Positions 26,970 to 37,103 of a DNA stretch of 64,000 nucleotides are shown here, in pieces; position 1 is the first letter of the stretch; each line of letters opens with the position of its first letter. The translations under genes and the position numbers were made by a program. The notes under the pieces were generated by a model that saw only the letters and a program-made list of their open reading frames with translations, had not been told where the DNA came from and ran no database searches. Origin of the DNA: Candidatus Aminicenantes bacterium (lineage in GTDB: Bacteria > Acidobacteriota > Aminicenantia > Aminicenantales > JAFGBC01); the NCBI GenBank assembly GCA_963702005.1, contig OY969696.1, positions 4,224,001-4,288,000 of the forward strand. Direction: 5' to 3'.

Positions 26970-27131
26970 GATCCCATGCTATCCCAACCTGCCCTGCGCT
27001 ATCAATCCCCAGGTTAAGTATCTCCAACTAGTGATATCGAGGTAAAGGCTTTAAAAAAGGAAGACGGGAGCCCCAGGAATATCCGGTATTGCATCTCGCG
27101 TTTTTTTGGTAGAATACCCAGGCGAGACGTC

Positions 27132-28469
27132 ATGGCCATCAAGGCGAAACTGACGACATTCGACCTGACCATGATCGTGGTCAGCCTCGTCATCGGAATC
27201 GGAATCTTCCGGACGCCGGCCATGGTCGCCTCGGCGGCCCGGACGCCCTTTCTCTTCTTCCTGGCCTGGGGGCTGGGCGGTTTCATCAGCCTGCTGGGCG
27301 CGCTGACCTTCGCCGAGATCGGCGCCCGCTTCCCCGAGCCCGGCTCCTTCTACAAGGTCGTCGCCGTCAACGCCAATTCCGTCCTGGCCTTCATGCTCAA
27401 CTGGACGAGCGTCCTCATGGTCAACGGAGCGGGCGGCGCGGCCGTCGCCATCATCGGCGCCGAGTACCTTACGCCCATCCTCCTTCCGGCCAGGCTCCAG
27501 TCGCAGACGGCCGTCCAGCTCACGGCGGCCGGCCTTTTGCTCTTCCTCCTGACCTTGAACTACCTGGGCATCAAGACGGGCGCCTGGGCCCAGAACATCC
27601 TCAGCCTGCTCAAGATCGGCTTGATCGGGTTTCTAGCCCTTGTCGCGCTCGCCTCCAAGACGGGAACCGTCGCGAGCGGCTCGCTCCCCATGGCAAAGAC
27701 CTGGTGGCTGGGGCTGGCGATCGGGTTCATTTCAGTTTTCTACACGTACGGCGGCTATCAGTGCACGATCAATTTCGGGGCCGACATTCAAGGCGCCCGC
27801 CGGAACATGCCGCGGGCCATCCTGGCCGGGATCGCGATCATCATCGCCTGCTACCTTTTTGTCAACGCGGCCTACGTCAAGGTCCTCGGAATCCCAGGCG
27901 TTGCCGGCGCCAAGCTCGTGGCGGCCGAGACGGCCCGAGCCCTGTTCGGACCGAGCGGGGCTTTGTTCGTCTCTCTGGCCATCTTCCTCTCGGCCATGGG
28001 GTTTCTCAACGTAACCCTGATGCAGATCCCGAGAGCCTACTACGCGATGGCCGAGGACCGCACCCTGCCGCCCTTCTTCCGCCGAGTCAACCCGCGCAGC
28101 CAAGCCCAGGAATACGGCCTTCTCTTCCTGGGCGGCGTCATCCTCCTCTCGATATTTTTCCTGGGCACGTTCGAGAACATCGTCGCCTATGTCATGTTCC
28201 TCGACGCCCTCAACATCGCCATCGTCGCCTCCATGATCTTCGTCCTGCGCCGGAAAGCCAAGGCCGAGGCCGTCCCCTACCAAGGCTATAAGGTCCCCCT
28301 CTATCCCGTCCTGCCCGCCGTCTTCGTCGTCTTCTTACTCGGAGTTTCCCTTAACGTCCTGCTGACCCAGACGCGGGAAGCCCTGTTCGGTGCGCTGCTG
28401 TTCGCCTCCGGGTTTCCCGTCTTCCTCGCCATGAGACGCTGGTACGCGAAAAGGAGTCCGACGCCATGA
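27132..28469 (+). CDS. APC family amino acid permease
   Basis: IGIGIF-P, GALTFAEIG, YGGY, about 12 hydrophobic segments. Confidence 0.9.
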   Translation: MAIKAKLTTFDLTMIVVSLVIGIGIFRTPAMVASAARTPFLFFLAWGLGGFISLLGALTFAEIGARFPEPGSFYKVVAVNANSVLAFMLNWTSVLMVNGAGGAAVAIIGAEYLTPILLPARLQSQTAVQLTAAGLLLFLLTLNYLGIKTGAWAQNILSLLKIGLIGFLALVALASKTGTVASGSLPMAKTWWLGLAIGFISVFYTYGGYQCTINFGADIQGARRNMPRAILAGIAIIIACYLFVNAAYVKVLGIPGVAGAKLVAAETARALFGPSGALFVSLAIFLSAMGFLNVTLMQIPRAYYAMAEDRTLPPFFRRVNPRSQAQEYGLLFLGGVILLSIFFLGTFENIVAYVMFLDALNIAIVASMIFVLRRKAKAEAVPYQGYKVPLYPVLPAVFVVFLLGVSLNVLLTQTREALFGALLFASGFPVFLAMRRWYAKRSPTP

Positions 28470-30625
28470 GCTCCAAGCGCCTCCCGCCGGCCCTCATCAT
28501 CCTTCTCGTCCTCGCCGCGTTCGGACCGTCCGGATGCTCGAAGCCGGGCGCCGTCGGCTTCGCGCGGGACGCCAAACCGGCCGCGCCCGCTCCCGAAGAG
28601 CTTGCCGCCTCGGTGGCCGATTTTCGATTCAGCCCGGCCTGGTGGCAGTCGACGATCTGCCTCCCGGACGACTGGCTGAAAACGCTCGTCTCCAAGGAAG
28701 GCGCTCTTCTCTACGATTACCAAGGCGGCGAAACGCCAGGATTCGCGACCCGGATTTCGATCGCCGTCCGGGACTTCGCTCCCGCGCGATCGAGTCAGTC
28801 CATGCCCGAGCCGCGCGTCCCGGTCGTCGCGACCGAGCTCCTCGACGCCTCCGGCAAGGTCCGCTGCTCCTGGAAGGCCCTGGCCGTCGTGCCGGGCGAA
28901 GATCAGGAGCTCCCCAGTTTCTCGCCCAGGGAGCGGCCGGCCGGATCGCCGCCGGCGCGCGGGGACCTCATCGTCATTCGCAAGCCGGACAAGGAGGGCG
29001 CGATCGCCGTCAAGATCGAGGGCCGGGGCCTGTTCACCGTCAAGCGGCGCGACCTGGGGCTCTACCAGGACGGCCGGCGCTTTCTGAGCGCGAGCGCGCC
29101 CTGGGATGCGTTCGATCCCTCCCCGAACGGGCCCACCCTCATCTTCCCTCCGGCGGTCGGCGAGCTCGCCATCTACGTCGCCCACGGCCACGAAGCCGGG
29201 GACGTCGATTTCGGCTGGGCCCTCGCCCAGGAAAAGCGGGCGGCCGCCTACTGGAGCTCTCTCGACCTCCCCTACGACGTCATCCGCGTCCCCGACCCGG
29301 CCGTTCAAGGTCTCCTGGACGCCTCCATCCGGAACATCTACCAGTCCCGCGAGATCAAAGACGGGCTCCCCGTCTTTCAAGTCGGGCCGACTTGCTACCG
29401 GGGCCTGTGGGTCGTGGACGGCTGCTTCATTCTCGAGGCGATGGCCTACCTGGGAAGGGGAAGCGAGGCCCGCTCGGGCATCCGCTACCTCCTGACCCGG
29501 CAGAAGCCGGACGGTTCGTTCGAGATCCTGGACAAGTACTGGAAGGAAAACGGCATCGTCCTTTATCTTATGACGCGGCATGCCCTGCTGACTCGGGACC
29601 TTGGCTGGCTGGGAGAAAACTGGAACGTCGTGCGGCGCGTTGTCGAGGCCATCCGGCGGCTGCGCCGGGAAAGTCGAGCGAACCCGGCCGCTCCCGAGGC
29701 GGGATTGATGCCGCCCGGATTTCCCGACGGCGGGGTGGGCGGCGTCGTCCCCGAATACACGAACGTCTATTGGAACCTGGCCGGACTCAAAGCGGCCGTC
29801 GACGCGGCCCGGCTTATCGGCGCGGCCGAGCTCAAGGATTGGGAGGCGGAGTACAAGGACTTCCTGGAGGCGTTCCGCCGGGCCGCCAAACGCGACGCCA
29901 AGTCGATCGACGGAAAGCTCGTCTATCTTCCCATCCTGATGAAGGAGGACCCGGCGATCGCCCCGGTCCGCGGTCAGTGGGCATTCTGCCACGCCGTTTT
30001 CCCCGGCAAGCTCTTCGACCGGCGCGATCCCCTGGCTCTGGGTACGATGGCCCTCCTCGACCGGAGCCAATCGGAAGGGCTTGTTTACGGCACGGGTTGG
30101 ATGGCCGACGGGATCTGGAATTATTTCGCCTCCTTCTACGGCCACGCTCATCTCTGGCTCGGCCACGGCGACAAAGCCGCCCGCATCCTCTACGCTTTCG
30201 CCAACCACGCGTCCCCGCTTCGGGCCTGGCGCGAGGAGCAGCCGCCCCGGGGAAAGGACGCGGAAGGCCGGTTCGTCGGCGATATGCCCCACAACTGGGC
30301 CAGCGCGGAATTCATCCGGCTCGTCCGGAACCTCCTCATTTTGGAGCGGGGCGACGAGCTTCATCTTCTCGAGGGCATCCCCCGAGCTTGGCTGGCGGCG
30401 GGCGCGGCGACCGAGCTCAAGGACGTGGCCACGGACTTCGGACCGGTCAGTCTCCTCCTCCGGGTCGACGACGACGGCCGCCACGCCACGCTCCGCGTCC
30501 GGGCGCCCCGGGACCCCGGCCTCAAGCGGATCGTCGTCCACCTCGGCGCCTGGGCCGACCGGGGCAAGCCCGAGGTCGTAGCGGATGGGGAGGCGATCGA
30601 GACCGTCATCTCCATCGTACGCTGA
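28466..30625 (+). CDS. Putative lipoprotein glycoside hydrolase ((alpha/alpha)6 barrel)
   Basis: Lipobox-like SGC; GPTCYRGLWVVDG, GDMPHNWASAEFI, LHLLEGIP-W, TDFGPVSL. Confidence 0.6.
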   Translation: MSSKRLPPALIILLVLAAFGPSGCSKPGAVGFARDAKPAAPAPEELAASVADFRFSPAWWQSTICLPDDWLKTLVSKEGALLYDYQGGETPGFATRISIAVRDFAPARSSQSMPEPRVPVVATELLDASGKVRCSWKALAVVPGEDQELPSFSPRERPAGSPPARGDLIVIRKPDKEGAIAVKIEGRGLFTVKRRDLGLYQDGRRFLSASAPWDAFDPSPNGPTLIFPPAVGELAIYVAHGHEAGDVDFGWALAQEKRAAAYWSSLDLPYDVIRVPDPAVQGLLDASIRNIYQSREIKDGLPVFQVGPTCYRGLWVVDGCFILEAMAYLGRGSEARSGIRYLLTRQKPDGSFEILDKYWKENGIVLYLMTRHALLTRDLGWLGENWNVVRRVVEAIRRLRRESRANPAAPEAGLMPPGFPDGGVGGVVPEYTNVYWNLAGLKAAVDAARLIGAAELKDWEAEYKDFLEAFRRAAKRDAKSIDGKLVYLPILMKEDPAIAPVRGQWAFCHAVFPGKLFDRRDPLALGTMALLDRSQSEGLVYGTGWMADGIWNYFASFYGHAHLWLGHGDKAARILYAFANHASPLRAWREEQPPRGKDAEGRFVGDMPHNWASAEFIRLVRNLLILERGDELHLLEGIPRAWLAAGAATELKDVATDFGPVSLLLRVDDDGRHATLRVRAPRDPGLKRIVVHLGAWADRGKPEVVADGEAIETVISIVR

Positions 30626-30636
30626 AAGGTGAAATC

Positions 30637-31896
30637 ATGACCTGCAAGGAACGGGTCCTGGCGGCCCTCAATCACAAAGAGCCCGACGCGGTCCCGGTCG
30701 ACTTCGGGGCCACGGCCGTGACCGGGATGCACGTCAACTGCGTCATCGCCCTCCGCGAGCGCTACGGCCTGGAGAAGCGCCTCGTCAAAGTCCACGAGCC
30801 CTATCAGATGCTGGGCCTCGTCGAGGACGACCTCCAGCGGGCGCTCGGGCTCGACGTCGAGGGTGTCTTCGCCGCCGAGACCATGTTCGGGTTCCGGAAC
30901 GAGGGCTGGACACCGTGGCGGATGGACGACGCCCGCGAGGTCCTCGTCTCGGAGCATTTCCGGACGACGAGGGACGCGAACGGCGACACGCTCGTTTATC
31001 CCAAGGGAGATTTGAACGCGCCCCCCTCGGGACGGATGCCCAAGGACGGGTTTTTCTTCGACACGATCGTCCGTCAGGACCCGATCGACGAGGGCCGGCT
31101 CGACCCGGCCGACAACCTCGAGGAGTTCGGCCCGATCTCGGAGGCGGACCTCGCTTATTTCGACGCCGAGACCAAGCGGGCGGCCGCGACCGGCCGGGGC
31201 GTCATCGCCACCTTCGGGGGAACGGCCCTGGGTGACATCGCCCTCGTCCCCGCTCCCTTCCTCAAGCGCCCCAGGGGGATCCGGGACATCGAGGAGTGGT
31301 ACGTCTCGACCTTGACCCGCCAGCCCTACGTCCATCGGATCTTCGAGCGGCAGACCGAGATCGCGCTCGGGAACCTGGAGAAGATCCGCACCCGGGTCGG
31401 CGACCGCGTCCAGGCCGCCTTCATCTGCGGGACGGATTTCGGGACCCAGACTTCAACCTTCTGCTCGGTCGCGACGTTCCGGTCTCTCTACCTGCCCTAC
31501 TATAAGAAAATCAACGACTGGATCCACGGCCAGACGGCCTGGAAGACATTCAAGCATTCCTGCGGGGCGGTCGTCTCGCTCCTCCCCTCGTTCATCGACG
31601 CCGGCTTCGACATCTGGAACCCCGTCCAATTGTCGGCGGCCGGGATGGACCCGGTCCGGCTCAAGCGCGAGTATGGGAAAGATCTCGTCTTCTGGGGCGG
31701 CGGCGCCGACACCCAGCGGACGCTCGCCTTCGGGAAGCCGGCCGAGGTGCGGGAGGAAGTCCTGGGCCGCTGCGAGGTTCTGGGCAAGGGCGGCGGGTTC
31801 GTCTTCAACGCCGTCCACAACGTCCAGGCCAACACGCCGCCCGCCAATATCGTCGCCATGATCGAGGCCGTCAAGGAATTCAACGGAAGAAAATGA
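30637..31896 (+). CDS. Uroporphyrinogen decarboxylase / MtaA-CmuA methyltransferase family protein
   Basis: KERVLAALNHKEPDAVPVD, DFGTQ, KHSCG, NPVQ, FWGGG, HNVQ; start at ATG 30637. Confidence 0.88.
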   Translation: MTCKERVLAALNHKEPDAVPVDFGATAVTGMHVNCVIALRERYGLEKRLVKVHEPYQMLGLVEDDLQRALGLDVEGVFAAETMFGFRNEGWTPWRMDDAREVLVSEHFRTTRDANGDTLVYPKGDLNAPPSGRMPKDGFFFDTIVRQDPIDEGRLDPADNLEEFGPISEADLAYFDAETKRAAATGRGVIATFGGTALGDIALVPAPFLKRPRGIRDIEEWYVSTLTRQPYVHRIFERQTEIALGNLEKIRTRVGDRVQAAFICGTDFGTQTSTFCSVATFRSLYLPYYKKINDWIHGQTAWKTFKHSCGAVVSLLPSFIDAGFDIWNPVQLSAAGMDPVRLKREYGKDLVFWGGGADTQRTLAFGKPAEVREEVLGRCEVLGKGGGFVFNAVHNVQANTPPANIVAMIEAVKEFNGRK

Positions 31897-31903
31897 GGCC
31901 CCC

Positions 31904-33247
31904 ATGAAGAAAACCCAAGCGACCGTCATCGTCCTGACCGTGATCGCCGCCCTGGGCGGGCTGCTGTTCGGGTTCGACACGGCCGTCATCGCCGGCGCGA
32001 CCCGCTTCCTCAAGGACCAATTCCGGCTGAACGCGCTGCAAGAAGGCTGGGCCGTCGCCATCGTCCTCGTCGGCTGCATGTTCGGGGCCGGGCTGGCCGG
32101 CGCGATCAGCGACCGGATCGGCCGGCGGCGCTTCATGCTCATTTCGGCCGTCCTCTTCTTTGTGTCGGCTCTGGGCTGCGCCATCCCCCAGAATTTGGTG
32201 CAATTCCTCATCTTCCGTTTCATAGGCGGGCTGGCCATCGGTTCGGCCTCGATCGTCTCGCCGCTCTACATCTCGGAGATCGCGCCGCCCCGCATCCGGG
32301 GAGCCCTGGTTTCGGTCAACCAGCTCGCCATCGTGACCGGGATCCTGCTCGCCTACTTCGCCAATTGGGTCCTGATCGGGGCGGGCCCTTCCAACTGGCG
32401 CTGGATGTTCGCGACCGGCGCCGCGCCCGCCCTTCTCTTCTTCGGGCTGGTCCTCCGCGTCCCGGAGAGCCCGCGCTGGCTCGTCAAGCAGGGCCGGGAG
32501 GAGGAAGCCCTGGGCGTCTTGACCCGGATCAACGCGCCCGACGTCGCGGCCGTCGAGGTCCAAAGCATCCGGGAGACGCTGGCCCTGGAGCAGGGATCGA
32601 TCGCCGAGCTATTCAAACCCGGCTTCCGGCGGGCCCTGTTCATCGGGGTCGTCCTGGCGATTTTCCAGCAGATCACGGGCATCAACGCCGTCATTTATTA
32701 TTCTCCCCGCTTTTTCGAGACGGCGGGCCTGGCCCGCTCTTCGGCCATCTTCCAATCGGCCGTCGTCGGCGTCGTCAACCTCCTGTTCACGATCGTGGCC
32801 ATTCTGCTCGTCGACCGGATCGGCCGCAAGCCGATGCTGCTGGCGGCGGCGGGCGGGATGGGCGTCTCCTTCCTATTCCTGGGAGCGGCGTTCAAGTTCC
32901 ATCTCTTCACGGGCGGCCTGGTTCTTCTCTTCACGCTCCTCTACATCGCTTTCTTCGCCATGGCCATGGGCCCGATCGTCTGGGTCGTGATCGCCGAGAT
33001 CTTCCCGACCCGGGTCCGGGGCCGAGCCATGGCCATCGCCACGGTCGCCCTCTGGTTCGCCGACTTCGTCGTCTCGCTGACTTTCCCGGTCATCGCCGAC
33101 AAGCTCCACGAGTCCTTCGCCTTCTGGCTCTACGCGGCCATGTGCGCGATCGACATCGTGTTCATGGCGGTCTTCCTCCCCGAAACCAAGGGGAAATCCC
33201 TGGAGGAAATCGAGCGCCGCTGGCTTAAAGAAAAAGCCGAGGCTTAG
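31904..33247 (+). CDS. Sugar porter family MFS transporter
   Basis: GGLLFGFDTAVI, DRIGRR, PESPRWL, QQITGIN, PETKGKSLEEI. Confidence 0.95.
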   Translation: MKKTQATVIVLTVIAALGGLLFGFDTAVIAGATRFLKDQFRLNALQEGWAVAIVLVGCMFGAGLAGAISDRIGRRRFMLISAVLFFVSALGCAIPQNLVQFLIFRFIGGLAIGSASIVSPLYISEIAPPRIRGALVSVNQLAIVTGILLAYFANWVLIGAGPSNWRWMFATGAAPALLFFGLVLRVPESPRWLVKQGREEEALGVLTRINAPDVAAVEVQSIRETLALEQGSIAELFKPGFRRALFIGVVLAIFQQITGINAVIYYSPRFFETAGLARSSAIFQSAVVGVVNLLFTIVAILLVDRIGRKPMLLAAAGGMGVSFLFLGAAFKFHLFTGGLVLLFTLLYIAFFAMAMGPIVWVVIAEIFPTRVRGRAMAIATVALWFADFVVSLTFPVIADKLHESFAFWLYAAMCAIDIVFMAVFLPETKGKSLEEIERRWLKEKAEA

Positions 33248-33288
33248 GGAACGAACTCACGCCTGAGACGCGCGAAGGGACGAGCGCG

Positions 33289-36237
33289 TTAATCGCCGAA
33301 AATAATGACCGTCTGGTTCAGCGCCGGAGCCGTCGGCGGCCAGACGACTTCGCGGCCGTCGGCGCCGACCTTGATATAGTATTCAAGGTCGCCCTCCGGG
33401 CTGGGAAGCGTCAAGCCATAGACGCCCCTGCCGATGTAATTCAAGGACTCAGCCTTGAAGGAACCCCGCCCCATGGCCCGCCAGCAGAGCTCGGCTTTCT
33501 GGGGACCTCCCTTGGAAAGGATGGCGACTTTGATTCTCAGGTTCTCGCCTTTCTCCAGGGCGGTTCGTTGGGCCAGGACGAAGACTCGGGGCGGGCCATC
33601 GTAATCGGCCGGCAGCATGGCTTGGGCGGGTAACGCCTCGCCCAGGATCTTCTCGAGCTCCCGGCCGGGCTTCCAGAAGGCGCCGGGCAGGATATGCTGC
33701 TCCCAGTTCATAATCGTCCCCAGCTCGCCCATATTTCCGGCCGTGGCCAGCAGGCAGGCGTATATTTTCCTGAGGGAGGCGGCCATCTCAAGCCGGATGG
33801 GCAAGGCCTTCCCCGCGGCGAGTTTCGCCCTGGCCGCCTGGTCCTTCCCCGCCTTGGCGATCTCCATGGCCTTGTTGAAGTCGGACCAGAGACAGGTGAA
33901 ACGGGCGACCTCGCGCATATATTCGAAATTCTTAAACCAGTAATTGAAGCGCTCTCTTGTCCCCGTGCCCGTCAGCCGGGTTTCGATTTCGGAAAGATCG
34001 TCCACGAACTCAAAATCCTTGCGGACTTCCTCCCAGGATTTGGGATTGGGGACGATCCCGCCCGGGCCGTTCGTCCAGACGACCGGGATAGGGAGCTTGC
34101 CGTCGACGCGGCTGAACAGGCCGGCCATTTCGTCGCCGACGCTCTCCCCGAATTCGTTCAGGGCCCAATCGCGGTAAAAATCCAGGGTCTGCAAGAAACG
34201 GGGCGTCTCCGGCCAGTCGGGTTCGTAGCCGGCCACGGCCAGGCCTCCGCAGTTGATCCGCTGGACGTAGTTCTCGCTCTCAAGGACGATGCCGGCGATG
34301 CAGGGGTAATTGATTCTGTCGACGAAATCGAGCACGATCCGGCCGTCGACAACATTGACGTTCCGGTAGACGAGGTCCAGGGCCGCGAATTTGCCGACCC
34401 GGGCGAAGATGTCGAACTTCTCAACGAGCTTCTTTCCCTGGAGGAAGACGTCGAAGACGCGGCCATCCTTGCGGTTGACCTGTCCCTCGACAAACTTTAA
34501 AGTCACCGTATACGGCCCGTTCGGGACAGGGATCCTGTAGCCGAAGACGCGGTCCCGGACGTCCTGATAGACGGCCTCCTCGGCCGTCCCGGCGATTTTC
34601 TCTCCCTTGAAAGACAGGAACTGGCCCGAAGTCGGTCCGGCCAGGGCGTCCAGGTCCTTGGGAAGAGTGTTCCAGCTCTGATCCCAGGCCGCCCCGGCAA
34701 GGGCCCGGATGTTGGGCGATAGGATCCTCGTCCGCCAATGGATGCCCAGCAGGCCGTCGCAGCCGTAGCGGAGGGCGTCGGCGGCGTCGCGCCTCATCCG
34801 GCCCGCCCAGAGTTGGGGCGAAGTCAGGGACGGATCGTCCTCGAGCCAGGGGATGGCCCACAGAGACCGGCCCTTGATGCGGACGAAGGTCGGGTCGACG
34901 GGGGCCTTGCCGACTTCTCGGTTGATGCAGCTCATGGCGATGGCCTTGGGCAAGACCTGGTCGAACAGGGTCCGGTTCGAGGGCGGGCCGAGGACCCAGC
35001 CGCAGGTCGCGAGCCGGAAGGGCGGCCGGACGTCCTTCCAGGCCTGGATGGCCTGTTCGAGGTCCGACGTCACGATCCTGACTTCCTCGGGCTTCGCGTC
35101 GCTCCAGGTCCAGCCCTCCCCCGTCCAGAACCAGTAGTAATCAATGGGATAGGCCGCCGCGATCCGCTCGAACATCGCCTTGTAGACGTCCCGGACGACG
35201 GCCGGGTCTTTCGGGTTTTTGCCTTTCGCGGCGAGGCGCGCGCGCACGAGCTCGGGGATGGCCAGGGCCGTCTCGGTCCCGACGCAAGTCTTGACGCCCA
35301 AGCCGCGCGCGAATAGGAAGGCGTCCTTGAAAACGGCCGCCGCCCGGTTGAAAACCTCGTTCGAATCCTGGCCCGGCTTGGGCTCGGGGGCGAATCCCTC
35401 CATGACGTCGTTCCCGTAGTCGTCGCGATCGAAGAGGAGGGAGGCTCCGCAGCTGTAATCCCCCGTCTTCTTGGGATCGTAGCCCCAGTTGCCGCGGAGG
35501 CTGTTCTGGTAGCTCGAGGGATAGCTCGCCGTCACCCGGCCTTCGGCGTCGAACTCGCCCCGGCTCCCGATCCAGACCGTGGGCTCGGCGTTCGGACCTT
35601 TTTCCGGATAGGTATGGAGGCCGAAGAAATTCATCCGGAGCTTGGGGAGCTGGCCGAGGACGGCCTTGATGTTGTCCAGGCTCCACCAGTCGGGCCCCTC
35701 TGGAAAGTCGTGGAAGGGCTGAATCCCGCGCACGGCGAACAAGGGGCGGCCCATCTCGTCCAGGTCAGGTATTACGAATGTTGTCCGGTCCTCGGGGACG
35801 ACGTCGCCGTCGAGGTCGAAGCGGACGCCGAGCGTTTCGGCGAAGGCGTATGCGCCGTAGAGGATGCCGGGCCCGTCGCCGCCGGCGATGAGAAGGTGAT
35901 TCCGGCCGGAGAGGTCGAGCGTTTTCAGCCAATAATCCTCGGGACCGAGCTTAGGGACGGCCTCGAGGTCCCGGAGGAGAGGGCGCCCGGCTTGCGAGAC
36001 GACGATGGACGGATTGGCCAGGCCGGCGGTCGACGCGGACTCGACCAGGGCGGAAAGCCCTCCCGTCGTCAGGTAGAGATAGCGCCTGACCTCGGCCGCG
36101 GCGATCCGCTCCAGGCGCGTCGCGTCGGTGGCGATGACGATGTCAGGGATACTGATCTTTGTCTCGTGAGCGCAGGACCCCGCCAGGAGCGCGGACCCGA
36201 GAACCAGGATGAATAAATCCAGACATCTTGTCCTCAT
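33289..36237 (-). CDS. Lipoprotein carbohydrate-active enzyme with inserted malectin domain
   Basis: Lipobox LAGSC; GH20/GH67-like N-domain (GILYGAY-LGVRF); malectin YRIPVPNGPYTVTLKF-RVFDV. Confidence 0.7.
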   Translation of the reverse strand: MRTRCLDLFILVLGSALLAGSCAHETKISIPDIVIATDATRLERIAAAEVRRYLYLTTGGLSALVESASTAGLANPSIVVSQAGRPLLRDLEAVPKLGPEDYWLKTLDLSGRNHLLIAGGDGPGILYGAYAFAETLGVRFDLDGDVVPEDRTTFVIPDLDEMGRPLFAVRGIQPFHDFPEGPDWWSLDNIKAVLGQLPKLRMNFFGLHTYPEKGPNAEPTVWIGSRGEFDAEGRVTASYPSSYQNSLRGNWGYDPKKTGDYSCGASLLFDRDDYGNDVMEGFAPEPKPGQDSNEVFNRAAAVFKDAFLFARGLGVKTCVGTETALAIPELVRARLAAKGKNPKDPAVVRDVYKAMFERIAAAYPIDYYWFWTGEGWTWSDAKPEEVRIVTSDLEQAIQAWKDVRPPFRLATCGWVLGPPSNRTLFDQVLPKAIAMSCINREVGKAPVDPTFVRIKGRSLWAIPWLEDDPSLTSPQLWAGRMRRDAADALRYGCDGLLGIHWRTRILSPNIRALAGAAWDQSWNTLPKDLDALAGPTSGQFLSFKGEKIAGTAEEAVYQDVRDRVFGYRIPVPNGPYTVTLKFVEGQVNRKDGRVFDVFLQGKKLVEKFDIFARVGKFAALDLVYRNVNVVDGRIVLDFVDRINYPCIAGIVLESENYVQRINCGGLAVAGYEPDWPETPRFLQTLDFYRDWALNEFGESVGDEMAGLFSRVDGKLPIPVVWTNGPGGIVPNPKSWEEVRKDFEFVDDLSEIETRLTGTGTRERFNYWFKNFEYMREVARFTCLWSDFNKAMEIAKAGKDQAARAKLAAGKALPIRLEMAASLRKIYACLLATAGNMGELGTIMNWEQHILPGAFWKPGRELEKILGEALPAQAMLPADYDGPPRVFVLAQRTALEKGENLRIKVAILSKGGPQKAELCWRAMGRGSFKAESLNYIGRGVYGLTLPSPEGDLEYYIKVGADGREVVWPPTAPALNQTVIIFGD

Positions 36238-36389
36238 GCCGACCTCCTCCGTGTTGTTTATTCTAATACGGCCCCGCTATGGATAGCAACGTCAATCCCC
36301 GGACTCCCAAGACGGAAAGACGGTTGACGCGGCCGATGCCGGCTCTCTACAATAGGGCCGTTCCGGGATTTCGCCCGGCGGAGGCGATC

Positions 36390-37103
36390 ATGAAAAAGTC
36401 CTATGTCAGGAAGATCGCGACCGTTTCCAAGTTCGGAGTCTGGCTCGTCGACGGAGAGACCATCCGGACCTCGATCGACGAGGAGTTCACGAACTTCGGC
36501 CAGCACTTCCGCTTCCGGTTCATCCCCCGCAACGAGTTCTGGATCGACCACCTCCATGCCCCGGGCGAGGAACATTTCTTCATCGACCATCTTCTCATCG
36601 AGAACCGGCTGATGGCCGCCGGGATGGGCTACGACCAGGCCCTGGCCCGGGCCGACCGGGCCGAGCTCAAGGAACGGCACAAGGTCGACTACATCCGGAA
36701 GGGCATTGACCCCGGACGCCCCAAGTCCGCCTATATCCGCAAAATCCATAAGCGCCTTCTCAAGACCTACAGCGACGGCCTCAACGTTTGGATCGTGAAC
36801 GGCGAGTTGGTCCGGGACCTGTTCTTCATCGACTATACGGAAGGTGGGCACGACAAGGTCTACCGGTTTATCCCCCAAGCCGAAGTCTGGCTCGACGACG
36901 ACCTCCGGCCGAGGGAACGGAGGTATGTCCTCCTCCACGAAGTCCACGAACGGCGCTTAATGGCCGGAGGCATGGACTATATCCACGCCCACCGATCGTC
37001 CAGCCACATCGAGTACGCGTGCCGGCACCACCCGTCCCGCCTCAAGCCCGCCCTGGCCGAAGAGATGGCCCTCAACCGGAACCTGGAAGCGCGGAGGGCA
37101 TGA
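36390..37103 (+). CDS. Hypothetical protein made of two tandem homologous domains (second has HExxE)
   Basis: Repeat VW(L/I)V(D/N)GE-R-FIP-E(F/V)W(I/L)D-E-RLMA-GM-Y; RBS GGAGG before ATG 36390. Confidence 0.7.
   Translation: MKKSYVRKIATVSKFGVWLVDGETIRTSIDEEFTNFGQHFRFRFIPRNEFWIDHLHAPGEEHFFIDHLLIENRLMAAGMGYDQALARADRAELKERHKVDYIRKGIDPGRPKSAYIRKIHKRLLKTYSDGLNVWIVNGELVRDLFFIDYTEGGHDKVYRFIPQAEVWLDDDLRPRERRYVLLHEVHERRLMAGGMDYIHAHRSSSHIEYACRHHPSRLKPALAEEMALNRNLEARRA

Noticed and set aside
28534-30636. N-terminal 700 aa of the 1120 aa ORF (likewise the extensions of 39116, 43958, 36788, 25068 and 27027 ORFs)
   Set aside because: Arg/Pro/Gly-rich alternative-frame read-through over upstream genes; real starts are the internal ATGs.
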